From Patescibacteria group bacterium (lineage in GTDB: Bacteria > Patescibacteriota > Microgenomatia > UBA12405 > JAHJSD01), in assembly GCA_018830585.1 (NCBI GenBank), contig JAHJSD010000024.1, positions 1 through 40,440 of the forward strand: a DNA stretch of 40,440 nucleotides, in the 5' to 3' direction. The notes under the pieces are model-generated. The model searched no databases and was not told the DNA's origin. It saw nothing but the letters and a program-made list of their open reading frames with translations. The translations under genes were made by a program, and so were the position numbers. Positions 8,178 to 18,015 of the stretch are shown piece after piece (the first letter of the stretch is position 1; every line of letters starts with the position of its first letter).

Positions 8178-10418
8178 TCAATCCAATCTATCCAGGTGGT
8201 AAATCTTAGTTTCACCGGAAACAAAAACCACCTTTCCTAAAAGATCAAACCTTTCCGTTTTTAAGTCGGGGTATTTTTCCTTTTCTAAAGAACCGACAAA
8301 AACATATTCCACTCCGTAATCTTTAAGCAGTCGTTCTGCGGCCGCCTCGTCTTCGCCCTGATAAATCGTCTCCACCTCTGTTGCTCTGGCTCCGGGAAGA
8401 TCATAGCCTCCCCGCCAAAGCCACTCGTGAACCAACCAGCCCTCAATGGTCGGCAATCCGGAAAAGGCAGAAATCTGATTGTAAAGAGTGTAACTGTCCC
8501 CCACCGCTTCTAACATCACCGGCTGACCGGAAATATTCTTTTTAATCCAAAGAAGCGCTTTGTAGTTGTCCGGGTAAAGCCTTTCCATAAAACCTAAACC
8601 GGCCAACCCTTTATATTCTTTTAAACTGCCGTAATAACCTCTTATAGCAAAGTATGGATAAACCATATGGGCCAAAAACCCGATTAAAAATAGCAAAAAA
8701 TAGCCAAACCAAAGCAGAGGCGTTCTTTTTGAAATACTATTTTTTATCCTAAAGAAAACATAGCCCGCTGAAATTGAATAAATCATAAAAGATTGGTAGA
8801 CCAGCTTAAACATGGTGTTGGCCCGGTGATATTCGGCAATATAGATATCCTTAACGTAGATTATTTCCGGGATAATAATCAGAACCGTGGCCCAGAGAAC
8901 CGAGACTAAAATAAGCCAGTCCGCCGGCTCCAACTCGAGCCTGCTTTTAAACAGCCGAAAGAGGGCAAAAACAACGAACCCAAAAGCAATAAACCAGAAA
9001 AACCCCCAAAGAACCAGCAATTGCCAAAAAAGAGAATGTGCGTTAACCCGGGCAATTCCGTCCGTCATCGGATTAAAAGTCAACGCGAAGGGCAAAGCGA
9101 CCAAGACTGACAAGAATAAAACCGTTAACCCGTTGGCAAAAACTTTTGCTAAAATCACCAGCCATTGATTAAGGAGAGTGAATCCTCCACGGGCTGAAGC
9201 CCGTGGCTTCCCTTTCCCAGGGGATGAAACCCCGCGCCGAAAGCCCCAGATAGATTGCCATTCATCCCCACGTTGAAACGTGGGGCTTTCTGGTGCTGGG
9301 GTGAGGCTGCTTTTCTGCCCAAAAGATTTTCGGGCAATGATCATCAGGGTGGTTAAGCCAAAAATAACCCCGTAGATAGGAAAATCCCAGGAGTTGGTCA
9401 TATACATCACTCCCAACAAAAAAGCCAAAGCGGCTAACTCTTTTTTCAAAACCCAGAGATCCTTTTTACCTTTTTCCATCTGCCAAAGTTTTTTGGCATA
9501 AACCAATAAAATCGCCAGGAAAAGCAGAACTGTCGGGATATTGTTCATATGACCGTGAAGGTCGGCCACCACAAAAGAGTAAATAGGGAACTCGTGAATA
9601 GTCTTGTCATTGGGGTTGTTGGGATTATGCCCGATAAACCTGGTCGCGTCCGGATACCAGTAACTGCCTTTACTGTTTTTCAAACCGTAAACAGCGCTAT
9701 GCAGGTTGCCCCCCAGGGCAATCAGAAAAGCGGAAATAAGTCCGGCCAAAATCAGATTTTTCAGTTTCGGCCTCAGTTCGGCAGAAGAAAAAACTAAATT
9801 GGAAGTCAAAGAAAAGGTAGCGCTAAAAGTAAAAGCAAAAACGGTAGCGATCATCAAATTATAAGTGACGGAAGAATCGAGTCCGGAAAGCAGGGTTAAA
9901 ACCGCCGCCTGAAGATGGCCAAAATAATAATAATTGATCGACTCGCCGGCAAACCACATATCACGAGGCGGGAACCAGCCCGAGCGCAAAATCGAGTTGA
10001 CAAACCCGCCGTCCATAAATTTTTCCAAGCCTTCAATGTCCGGCTGGAAACCGCGGATAAAAGACCAAAAAAGCAGAGCGCTGAAGAAAATCACTTCCTC
10101 CAAAAGAAAAACTTTCCAGTTGTTTTTAAATTCTTCAAAAAAGTTTTTCCTGTTCTCTTTAACGGAAAACCAGCGGACAAAAAGGGCAATAAAAACAAGT
10201 AAAACCAAAACCGCCGTTTCCTTAAAAAAGGGTAAAATATGAAGAGTCCCCAGAAGAAAAATTAAATAGGAAAAGATTAATATCGCAATTGTTTTGGCAA
10301 AAATCCATCCCCGATCCCAAAAACTCTTGAAGAGAGAAAAAGCCAAAGGCAGAAAAAGCAGGCCTAAAAATAAAAGAAGCAGCCACCAGTAAAAAATAAT
10401 AAAAAAATCTGCAAGCAT
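8178..10418 (-). CDS. DUF2298 / YYY-motif polytopic membrane protein (GT-C-like)
   Basis: 746 aa with many TM helices. GESINYYYFGH resembles the Chlor_Arch_YYY/DUF2298 signature. Soluble C-terminal domain. Carries an in-frame repeat insertion at 9175-9306. Confidence 0.85.
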   Translation of the reverse strand: MLADFFIIFYWWLLLLFLGLLFLPLAFSLFKSFWDRGWIFAKTIAILIFSYLIFLLGTLHILPFFKETAVLVLLVFIALFVRWFSVKENRKNFFEEFKNNWKVFLLEEVIFFSALLFWSFIRGFQPDIEGLEKFMDGGFVNSILRSGWFPPRDMWFAGESINYYYFGHLQAAVLTLLSGLDSSVTYNLMIATVFAFTFSATFSLTSNLVFSSAELRPKLKNLILAGLISAFLIALGGNLHSAVYGLKNSKGSYWYPDATRFIGHNPNNPNDKTIHEFPIYSFVVADLHGHMNNIPTVLLFLAILLVYAKKLWQMEKGKKDLWVLKKELAALAFLLGVMYMTNSWDFPIYGVIFGLTTLMIIARKSFGQKSSLTPAPESPTFQRGDEWQSIWGFRRGVSSPGKGKPRASARGGFTLLNQWLVILAKVFANGLTVLFLSVLVALPFALTFNPMTDGIARVNAHSLFWQLLVLWGFFWFIAFGFVVFALFRLFKSRLELEPADWLILVSVLWATVLIIIPEIIYVKDIYIAEYHRANTMFKLVYQSFMIYSISAGYVFFRIKNSISKRTPLLWFGYFLLFLIGFLAHMVYPYFAIRGYYGSLKEYKGLAGLGFMERLYPDNYKALLWIKKNISGQPVMLEAVGDSYTLYNQISAFSGLPTIEGWLVHEWLWRGGYDLPGARATEVETIYQGEDEAAAERLLKDYGVEYVFVGSLEKEKYPDLKTERFDLLGKVVFVSGETKIYHLDRLD
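9175..9306. repeat. Hairpin-rich repeat inserted in frame within the DUF2298 gene
   Basis: Three mini-hairpins: ccacgggc-tgaa-gcccgtgg (9187-9206), gggg-atgaaa-cccc (9220-9233) and ccccacgt-tgaa-acgtgggg (9267-9286). Translated as ...LTPAPESPTFQRGDEWQSIWGFRRGVSSPGKGKPRASARGGF... between hydrophobic segments. Confidence 0.75.
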
Positions 10419-10517
10419 AAGAGAATGTTCCTTAAAATCTTTTCTATATTATAATGGAAAAAGCGTTCCTTGTCTTGAAGAGATAGCCGAGTTTAAATAT
10501 GGAGCCCTGCGGGTAAA

Positions 10518-10551
10518 CCTATGGTTTTCTTGGTTCATGTATAAAATAAAA
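10518..10551 (+). repeat. Family C repeat, copy 2
   Basis: cctatggttttcttggttcatgtataaaataaaaa, ending about 20 nt upstream of the 10572 start codon. Confidence 0.8.
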
Positions 10552-10571
10552 ATAGCGGTTTCAATAATGAA

Positions 10572-11093
10572 ATGAAAAAGGATCAGATTAAGATCGGTAT
10601 TGATCTCGACGGAGTAATTGTTGATAAACCGTTTTTCGTCCCGAAAAAATTAATCGAATGGCTATTTAGAGCTCATCACAACCACGGCAAAAAATATCGT
10701 ATTCCAAAATGGTCTTTAGAAATCTTAATCCGAAAAAAAAGCCATCACTGGCTGCTTAGGCCTCCTATCAAGAAAAATCTTGAAGTTTTAAAAAAAATTA
10801 TCAGGCAAGATCTGGCCACTGTTTATATTATTTCCGGAAGGTACCGGTTTCTGAATAACGAAACAAAAGCCTGGTTTAAAAAAAATAAATTAGAGGATCT
10901 CTTCAAAAACGCTTACATCAACAAAAAAAATCTTCAGCCTCATCTTTTCAAAGAAAAAATGGTTAAGAAATTGGGTATCAGTCATTTTTTTGACGATGAC
11001 CCGATTGTTGTCCACCATCTTAAAGCTAAAATAAAGAGGCTCAACTGCTATTTGGTAAATAAGAAGAAAGCCATAAAAATACCCAGGCTTTAA
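10572..11093 (+). CDS. HAD-superfamily-like hydrolase (putative)
   Basis: N-terminal IGIDLDGVIVD (DxD nucleophile motif) and C-terminal FFDDDP (acidic motif IV-like). 173 aa. Confidence 0.6.
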   Translation: MKKDQIKIGIDLDGVIVDKPFFVPKKLIEWLFRAHHNHGKKYRIPKWSLEILIRKKSHHWLLRPPIKKNLEVLKKIIRQDLATVYIISGRYRFLNNETKAWFKKNKLEDLFKNAYINKKNLQPHLFKEKMVKKLGISHFFDDDPIVVHHLKAKIKRLNCYLVNKKKAIKIPRL

Positions 11094-11101
11094 GCTGCAA
11101 A

Positions 11102-12919
11102 CTAGTGAGGCGCCGTCTTTTTAAAAATAACTACTCTTGGGTGATCATAGACTGTAAAAGATTCATCCGAGCCTTGGTCATTAATCTTAATCTCTATCCC
11201 GGCAAAATTTAACCGAGGATAAGAAGTGAATTCGGCTGCTTTTTCAAAACCTAATCTGCCGCTGAAAAGGTCGCGGTAATAATCGGCTGTTTTGGGAAAA
11301 CATCTTAAAAACAGGCGGCAATCGGACAATTTCTGCAAAGGCGTGTAAAGCCTGTTGCTGGAAAGAATAATATAATCCGCCCGGCTCAAATTTTCGTCCA
11401 CCCGCTGCCACTTTTCCCCCAAAGTATCCGGGTCGTACATCGGCATGGAGACAAACTCAAACTTTTCCCCGCCAAATAAAGGCAAAGAGTCGTCCCAATG
11501 CTCCACCGCCAGAACCGATCCCGGACTGATTTGTTGATTAATCCAGTAACTGGCCTCGACCCTTGAGTGAGGCCGGGAATAAATCGAAACGAAAGCGCCA
11601 ACCCAAAAAAGTTGAAGGATTAATACTAAAGAAAGTATCAAATTCCTGGCTAAAAAGAATTTTTGCCTTTTAAACGAGAAAAGGAATTTGGCGGCAATCA
11701 AAATTAAAAACGGGTAAAGCGGCAGTAAATAGCGCATAAACTTAACCGCAAAACCGCCGACGACTAAAAAATAAGCCAAGCTAAAAGAAAGAATGATTAG
11801 TTCACCCGATTCCCGGTCGTAATCCCCCTTGATCAAAACCCGTTTGATCAGATCAAAAAGATACCAAACAAAAGCGACCAGAGCTAAAGTTCCCAAGCCT
11901 ATTCCCATGCCCCAGAAAACTAAGTTTTTAATCGGGTAAATAAACGGCATCGTTCCAACATATTGCAAAGTATAAGGAAAAACATTGGCGTCTTTGGTCA
12001 TCCGGTGCTGTTCGATTATCTGTCTTTTGAAAGTGGAAAAGTCGATTAAGGCGTACGGTTCTGAGATTAAAAAAGTCAAAACAGCAACTAAACCGATCAG
12101 TCCGCCAAACCAGAAAAGTCTTTTGCCAAGGTTCAAAAGCGATTTTTTCCGACTACCCTTTTTAAGGGTCAAAAACAATTTTTGCCACCAAAAATAATTC
12201 CGGTTGCGCCAAAATTTAAACCCGATTAAAACTAAATCAACGATCAACCCGGTGCCTATGGCGGCGGCCAAAACAGTGGCGCTTACTTTAGTGGCCAAAG
12301 CCAAGCCAAAACAGAAGCCGACTTTGATGGCAGAACCGAATTTCGGATCAAGATAAAAATTTAAAAGCTGCCAAAGAGTTAACCAGATAAAGAAATTAAG
12401 CATAACGTCAACCGCATAAAAATGGGAAGCCTGGATCGGAAAAACACAAATGGCATAGAAAAGCGAGGCTAAAAGCGCCGCTTTATTGCCGAAAAGACGC
12501 TTGCCTATTTTAAATATCAGCCAGATTGTTCCTAAGTCAAAAAGGGCGGAAATAATCCGGCCCAAGATCGGTAAATTGCCATAGGAAAACGGCTCCCCTT
12601 TCAAGAAAAGCGCAACAAGCCAAGAGCAAAACTTTAAAAAATAAAGAGGCAAACTGCCGTAAGCGAAAAATTTGGGGTTAAACGGACTTTGCGGGGAAAA
12701 AAGCGCTTTCAGTGAAAAAGGGTTAGGCAGGCTCAGCCTTTCAGCGACCATAACAATCATCCTTTCATCCGGATGAAGATGGTAACCACTGTCCCAATTA
12801 AGCCCGTAAATGCGCAAAGCCAAACCAAGCAGAAGAATAAAAAACAGTAAAACAGAAATTAAAGAAAACTTAGAATTCTTCTTTCTTAGTTTGATAAAGT
12901 TAGCAAGTTGTATTTTCAC
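11102..12919 (-). CDS. GT-C fold glycosyltransferase, PMT/ArnT-like (GT39-like)
   Basis: 605 aa, polytopic. First-loop HPDERM acidic motif and FFAYGSLPLY. Soluble C-terminal domain. Paralogue of 14976-16640 (shared ADYI/VL.S.R, V.DHP..). Confidence 0.8.
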   Translation of the reverse strand: MKIQLANFIKLRKKNSKFSLISVLLFFILLLGLALRIYGLNWDSGYHLHPDERMIVMVAERLSLPNPFSLKALFSPQSPFNPKFFAYGSLPLYFLKFCSWLVALFLKGEPFSYGNLPILGRIISALFDLGTIWLIFKIGKRLFGNKAALLASLFYAICVFPIQASHFYAVDVMLNFFIWLTLWQLLNFYLDPKFGSAIKVGFCFGLALATKVSATVLAAAIGTGLIVDLVLIGFKFWRNRNYFWWQKLFLTLKKGSRKKSLLNLGKRLFWFGGLIGLVAVLTFLISEPYALIDFSTFKRQIIEQHRMTKDANVFPYTLQYVGTMPFIYPIKNLVFWGMGIGLGTLALVAFVWYLFDLIKRVLIKGDYDRESGELIILSFSLAYFLVVGGFAVKFMRYLLPLYPFLILIAAKFLFSFKRQKFFLARNLILSLVLILQLFWVGAFVSIYSRPHSRVEASYWINQQISPGSVLAVEHWDDSLPLFGGEKFEFVSMPMYDPDTLGEKWQRVDENLSRADYIILSSNRLYTPLQKLSDCRLFLRCFPKTADYYRDLFSGRLGFEKAAEFTSYPRLNFAGIEIKINDQGSDESFTVYDHPRVVIFKKTAPH

Positions 12920-12942
12920 TGTTTAGATTTTAGAATATTGTC

Positions 12943-13692
12943 ATGTCTAATCAAGAAGAACTTATCCGACTGGCCTCGGAAATCAAAAACTGTCAAAAAT
13001 GCCCTCTTTATAAAGCCGCCACCAATCCGGTTCCGGGAGCGCCAAATCCGAACGCGGAAATAGTTTTTGTCGGAGAGGCTCCGGGGTACTGGGAAGACCA
13101 AAAAGGAATTCCCTTCGTCGGCGCCGCCGGAAATTTGCTTGACAAACTTTTAGCTAAAATATCGGTAAAAAGAGATGATGTTTTTGTCTGCAACATTCTT
13201 AAACACCGGCCGCCCAACAACCGGGCTCCAATGCCCGACGAAATCACCGCCTGTACCCCGTTTTTAAAAAGGCAGTTGTTGACCATTAAGCCAAAAGTGG
13301 TAATCACCTTGGGCCGGTTTGCCATGAACTACTTTATTCCCGAGGCCTATATCTCCCAAACCCACGGACACCCGATGAGCGTAAACTGGGAGGGTTTAGA
13401 CCTTTTAATCATCCCCATGTACCATCCTGCCGCCGCTTTAAGGAACGGCCAGGTAATGAAACAGTTAGAGGAAGATTTCTTAAAAGTCCCGGAGATTATA
13501 GAGCCCCGCGGGTTAAACCTCCGGTACCAATCCAAACGCTCAGTTGGGGCGAAAATACTGAACCAGAAAACCAATTCATCCACGGAGAAAGCCCATGGTT
13601 TTCTTGGTTCACGTATCAAAACCAACGGCCAGTTGGTTGTCAAGCCAGCTCCCCCGCCCGAACCGGAAATCGAACAGGGAAAGTTGTTTTAG
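12943..13692 (+). CDS. Uracil-DNA glycosylase, family 4, with a repeat-derived C-terminal extension
   Basis: CQKCPL, GEAPGYWEDQKGIPFVGAAG and MYHPAAALR motifs. About the last 60 codons run through the Family C repeat at 13592-13621. Confidence 0.88.
   Translation: MSNQEELIRLASEIKNCQKCPLYKAATNPVPGAPNPNAEIVFVGEAPGYWEDQKGIPFVGAAGNLLDKLLAKISVKRDDVFVCNILKHRPPNNRAPMPDEITACTPFLKRQLLTIKPKVVITLGRFAMNYFIPEAYISQTHGHPMSVNWEGLDLLIIPMYHPAAALRNGQVMKQLEEDFLKVPEIIEPRGLNLRYQSKRSVGAKILNQKTNSSTEKAHGFLGSRIKTNGQLVVKPAPPPEPEIEQGKLF
13592..13621 (+). repeat. Family C repeat, copy 3 (inside the UDG ORF tail)
   Basis: cccatggttttcttggttcacgtatcaaaa, translated as HGFLGSRIK in the UDG reading frame. Confidence 0.8.
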
Positions 13693-13744
13693 TTCTTAGA
13701 TTTGGACAAACCTGGAATCTTTTTTAACAAGGCGCAAGAAAAAA

Positions 13745-14323
13745 ATGAAAAACGCGTTAATTCTTCACGGAACGGGCAATAATTCCAAAGGAAACTGGTT
13801 TCCTTGGTTAAAACAAGAACTAAAAGGCTGTGGCTGGAAAGTTTGGGTCCCTGATTTGCCTCAATCGGATAAACCGAACACCAAAAGGTATAACCAGCAT
13901 ATCCTTGCCAACAGGGAATGGGAATTCAATAAAGACTCTGTTTTAATCGGCCACTCTTCCGGCGCTGTTGCTATCCTGGGATTGCTATCGCATTTACCGG
14001 CGAATGTTGTTGTCGATACCTGTATTCTGGTGGGCTCTTTCAAGGATAATCTTGGTTGTAAAGATTTCAGCGGTTTATTTCAAGAGCCTTTCGACTTTAA
14101 GAAAATCAAGAAACATGCAAAGCGCTTTGTTTTTATTCACTCAGATAATGACCCTCATTGCCCTCTTGAACACGCTAAGTATCTCCGTGAGCAATTAGAC
14201 GGAGAGCTAATTATCAAGAAAGGACAGGGGCATTTTAATTTAGAGAAGGGAAAGGAATACCGACAATTTCCATTTTTATTAAATGTTTTAGAATGGAAAA
14301 AAAACAATTGGCTTTGCTCCTGA
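13745..14323 (+). CDS. Alpha/beta serine hydrolase, YdeN/RBBP9-like
   Basis: ILHGTGNNS..NWFPWL N-terminus, nucleophile elbow GHSSGA, and later D and H residues (HSDNDPHCP, GHF). 192 aa. Confidence 0.75.
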   Translation: MKNALILHGTGNNSKGNWFPWLKQELKGCGWKVWVPDLPQSDKPNTKRYNQHILANREWEFNKDSVLIGHSSGAVAILGLLSHLPANVVVDTCILVGSFKDNLGCKDFSGLFQEPFDFKKIKKHAKRFVFIHSDNDPHCPLEHAKYLREQLDGELIIKKGQGHFNLEKGKEYRQFPFLLNVLEWKKNNWLCS

Positions 14324-14470
14324 TGTAATTTCCTTAGTAAAAAACGGAGCAAAGAGTGGAGCTGCTTAAAAGTTTAAAATTTATGATTTTGGATTTGTTT
14401 AGGAATTAACCCGTCTAATCGTTTTGAATTTTTCCCGACCTCGTCGAGGACAGATAACTTTGAACTATTT

Positions 14471-14935
14471 CGTCATTCTGAGCATAGCGAAGAATCCCCT
14501 AATCCTCTAGCAAATAGCTTTTCTAAAGGGGACCTGCCTGCCCTCCTACCGGCGGGTAAACCGGCAGGCAGGCCTGTCCGCCGAGGTGAATCCTTCGTCA
14601 TCAGAATTCCCCCGTACCAGACGGTACAGGGCTCCGCTCAGGATGACAGGTAAGGAGCAGTGTTGGGTTTAATTCGATCCTGGATCGAAAATCTTAAAAA
14701 TGATCCAGTATCGTGACCACCGTCACCTGAACCGCTCATTTCAACGATCGTGTCAATGAGAGGTCTGTTTTAAAATTTAGAAATTGGAATTTATCCCAAG
14801 AAAGCAAAAGCCCGGACGTTGCGCGGGAACCCTATCATGTCCTCAGCACTGACCTGCTCGCCTCGCTGAGCGGTCGAGGCGGGCTGGCAGGCAGGTTTTA
14901 GCGAAGGAGGATCCCGAAGGGATCCCTTCGGGATT
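14471..14935. repeat. Mosaic of Family A, B and F palindromic repeats filling an intergenic region
   Basis: cgtcattctgagcatagcgaagaatcccc (A); cctgcctgcc..ccggcaggcagg at 14533-14573 (B); cgtaccagacggtacagggctccgctcaggatgac; ggatcccgaagggatcccttcgggatt at 14909-14935 (F). Confidence 0.8.
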
Positions 14936-14975
14936 AGGCCTCGGAAGCTTATTTTTTTTCACCATCACCAAACGA

Positions 14976-16640
14976 TCAATACTTTTCTCTTTGTCTGACA
15001 AAAAGCCGGATCGTCGGGTGGTCAAAAACAGTCCAAGTCTCCTCGGCCAGCAAATCCGAACCCAAAAGAATTTGTCCAAAAGAACCAAGCGGCTCAAAAG
15101 AAATTAAAGGCGAAAAACCCAATTCCCCGGAGAAAAGTTTTTGATGAAAAGCGGCCGTCTCGGGAAAATCATCGGCCAACCTGGCATAATTGGTAAAAAT
15201 CCGGCGCGAGGGAACCAAAACATAATCCGCCCGGTTAACCAAATCCTCTAATTCGACCACTTTTGCCCCATTCCCCTCAAGGCTGTAAAAGTCAAAATTG
15301 ACTATCTCAAAGCGATTTCCTTCCGGGCGAATAGAATCTTTAGACCAAACAGGCAGATCGACCACGTTGCCTGTCTCGGAAAGAACCAAAGAACCCTCAG
15401 GGATGTTTTTAAACATCCACTCGGTGGCAGAAATGCGGATATCGGTTTTAAGGTAGATGGTCAGCAAAAACAACCCCGGCAAAGACAGTGTCGCCAAGAC
15501 AACCGGTAAAAAAATCTTAAAATGACTTTTCTCCAAAAGCCGCCACAAAGCGCTGATCAGCCAGGCCGGCAGTAAAACTAAAAAGGGCAAAACCGGGGTC
15601 ATAAAACGGGTCCACTTGGTAAATAAAAAAAGATTAAGCAAAAGCCAGGGCAGAAAACTGAGAAGTAAAACATAAATTTCCGGTCTTGAGAAAAGTCTTT
15701 TTTTAAAAAATCCGAGGGCAAAAAAACCAAGAGCGAAAACCAAAAGCAAAAAGAGCGGTGTCCCTAAAACCCAAGGAAATACCTTAGAGGCCTGAAAGAT
15801 AAAAGGCTTGGTATTGATAAACTGGCGAGTGTAAAAAACAGGCGAACTGCCCCAGGCCACTCTTGATTCATAGCTAAGAGTGCTCAGAGATTTTTCAAAA
15901 TTTAAGGCTAATTGAGGCGAGAAAATTATTGTCAGAAAAAGAGTAAGAATTCCGTAGACAAAAAGGCCGATAATTTTTTTAAGAAAGCCAAAACCTTTCT
16001 TCCTGGAGAGCAGGACCGCCAAAACCGGAGGAAACAGAAAAGCGGCGGCGCTGATCTTGGCGGATAAGCCGACGGCGGAAACTAAAGCGGTCAAAAAAAG
16101 GATTTTGAAACTTGGCTTCCGCAAAAGAAGCAAAGAAAAATAAGCGGTTGACAGGGCGGTAAAGACTAAAAGCGATTCGGTAGTGCCAAAGTGGGCTGCC
16201 TGAATCAGGCCGGGAGTAAAGGTCAAAAGAAAAGAGTAAATCCGCGCTCCTTTTTTATCTTTAAAAAGCTCTTTAGCCAGCCACCAGCCAAAAATAACCG
16301 AAAGGACCGAAAAAAGCGCCGAAAAAAATCGCAAACTGTAGACCGCCAGAGGGAAAGACACTTTTTGCCAATTTGCCGGTCCAAAAATTCTGCCAAACAG
16401 GTTGACGCTAACATAAACTAAATAGAGAGGAAATTGCCCGTAAGCAAAAAATTCAGGGTTCAAATCGGGCCAGGAAAGACGCCCCACTCCCCAGGCCATA
16501 TTGTTTTCGTCAGGATGGAAAAAATTGCCTTGGCCCCAATTCAACCCCAAAAATCTGGTTGCCAAAAGAGCAAAAAAGAGGAAAAGGTTGAATCTCCGAA
16601 GGTTAATAACCCTCGGATTCTTCTCAATTTTAACAAACAT
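14976..16640 (-). CDS. GT-C fold glycosyltransferase, PMT/ArnT-like (GT39-like), paralogue
   Basis: 554 aa, polytopic. FHPDENN and FFAYGQFPLY motifs. C-terminal domain collinear with the protein at 11102-12919. Confidence 0.8.
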   Translation of the reverse strand: MFVKIEKNPRVINLRRFNLFLFFALLATRFLGLNWGQGNFFHPDENNMAWGVGRLSWPDLNPEFFAYGQFPLYLVYVSVNLFGRIFGPANWQKVSFPLAVYSLRFFSALFSVLSVIFGWWLAKELFKDKKGARIYSFLLTFTPGLIQAAHFGTTESLLVFTALSTAYFSLLLLRKPSFKILFLTALVSAVGLSAKISAAAFLFPPVLAVLLSRKKGFGFLKKIIGLFVYGILTLFLTIIFSPQLALNFEKSLSTLSYESRVAWGSSPVFYTRQFINTKPFIFQASKVFPWVLGTPLFLLLVFALGFFALGFFKKRLFSRPEIYVLLLSFLPWLLLNLFLFTKWTRFMTPVLPFLVLLPAWLISALWRLLEKSHFKIFLPVVLATLSLPGLFLLTIYLKTDIRISATEWMFKNIPEGSLVLSETGNVVDLPVWSKDSIRPEGNRFEIVNFDFYSLEGNGAKVVELEDLVNRADYVLVPSRRIFTNYARLADDFPETAAFHQKLFSGELGFSPLISFEPLGSFGQILLGSDLLAEETWTVFDHPTIRLFVRQREKY

Positions 16641-16651
16641 ATGTTTTGGTT

Positions 16652-16706
16652 AAAAGCTGAAATCCCTGCCTGCCGGCAGGCAGGCGCCGACTTGCCCACC
16701 GAAGCC
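16652..16706. repeat. Family B palindrome with conserved flanks
   Basis: aaaagctgaaatccctgcctgccggcaggcaggcgccgacttgcccaccgaagcc. Homologous to 25427-25501, and lies just upstream of a minus-strand start codon in both cases. Confidence 0.8.
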
Positions 16707-16768
16707 TTGGCAAAGGTGGGAGCTTTCGCGAAGGCGGGCGTGTCCACCATAGCTTTAGCGAAGGCGGA

Positions 16769-17695
16769 TTAGAGGCCATAAATTACTAAAACCAAAAGTA
16801 ATCCCCAACTGACAACAACCGACAAAAGAGGAATATCCGAAGCCAATAAAATTTCCGGTCTTTCCCCTCTTTGTTTCTCAAAAACAAGTTGAGAGTAACG
16901 CATAATTCCGAAAATCACGGGGAAAACAGTAATCATCAGCCACTTCCTGCCGATAAGATAAGGCATATTTTTGACTAAGAAATTAACTCCTCCCGGATGG
17001 GTAAACTTAGGCGGCTCTGCCAAATAGGCGAAAAGAGAATAAGAAATTAATGTCGCCACTGAAAAAACAGAGCTGTAAAAGTTCAAAAGATTTTCAGTGT
17101 AACCGCTGAGGCTGGGCCGGGTCTTCTTACCGGTAGAAACAAGCTCGCTTAATCTTTTCCCGCTGGCGATAAAAAGCGACAAAAAAACCACGGTGAACAT
17201 CAGCCAAATAGGCAAATGATAGCCGGTAGCCATTTCCCCGCCTAAGGTGCGCAGGATAAAAGAAAAAGAAATCGAGAGTATATCTAAAATGACTATCTTC
17301 TTAAGGTAAAAAGAGTAAGACAGATGAAGAATTAAAAAGGCCACCATCAAAATGAAAAAGCCAAAGCTGAGCGAGGAAGCCAAAATAAAGCTTAGAACAA
17401 TCAAAAAGAAAGCTGTCGCCGCCGCGGTTCTTTGGGAAAGATCCCCCCGAGCAATAGGGCGGTGTTTTTTCCGGGGATGAAGCCGGTCATAAGGAATGTC
17501 AACGATGTCGTTGACCAAATAAGAAGCGGAAGAGAGCAAGCAGAAAATAATAAAGGCTAAAACCGTCTTTGATAAAAGATCCCGGTCCAATAATTTGCCG
17601 TTAAAAAGGATCGCCGCAAAAACAGAAAGGTTTTTGAGCCACTGAAAAGGCCTAAGCGACTGAAGCAATGGTCCGAACTTTTTAAAAATGGACAC
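16769..17695 (-). CDS. UbiA-family prenyltransferase, decaprenyl-phosphate phosphoribosyltransferase-like
   Basis: 308 aa, about 8 TM helices. First Asp-rich motif NDIVDIPYDRLHPRKKHRPIARG. The subfamily assignment is inferred from the motif's resemblance only. Confidence 0.82.
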   Translation of the reverse strand: MSIFKKFGPLLQSLRPFQWLKNLSVFAAILFNGKLLDRDLLSKTVLAFIIFCLLSSASYLVNDIVDIPYDRLHPRKKHRPIARGDLSQRTAAATAFFLIVLSFILASSLSFGFFILMVAFLILHLSYSFYLKKIVILDILSISFSFILRTLGGEMATGYHLPIWLMFTVVFLSLFIASGKRLSELVSTGKKTRPSLSGYTENLLNFYSSVFSVATLISYSLFAYLAEPPKFTHPGGVNFLVKNMPYLIGRKWLMITVFPVIFGIMRYSQLVFEKQRGERPEILLASDIPLLSVVVSWGLLLVLVIYGL

Positions 17696-17829
17696 AGCAG
17701 TTTTATTTTAACCAATCTCAAAAAACTAAACAAGACGGGTTTGTCTTTGGCAACATGATTCACTCTGCAAAGAAGGGCCTGGATGCTGGAAAAAAGAGAC
17801 GCTCCGCCAAGTCTGACTTGGCTTCGATA

Positions 17830-17906
17830 GATTCTTCGCTACGCTCCGTACCGCCACAGTGTGTACCCTGGTGGTTTCCCGTCTGGTACAGGACTACGCT
17901 CAGAAT
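17830..17906. repeat. Family A repeat half with a nested insertion
   Basis: gattcttcgctacgctc [ccgtaccgcc...gtctggtacagg] actacgctcagaat. The nested piece is related to 14606-14648. Confidence 0.65.
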
Positions 17907-18015
17907 TGTAAATGTTACATGTTTCGGTAACAAATTTTTAAAGAACAAAAAGTCCTGTTATGCCAATAAACAGACAGTACAATCTTCCAAGAGCGTACTA
18001 CTTCCCGAGGTGTCA

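Noticed and set aside
9155-9337. 60-aa alternative-frame ORF inside the DUF2298 gene
   Set aside because: It lies entirely within the hairpin repeat insertion. The long 746-codon frame is continuous through it.
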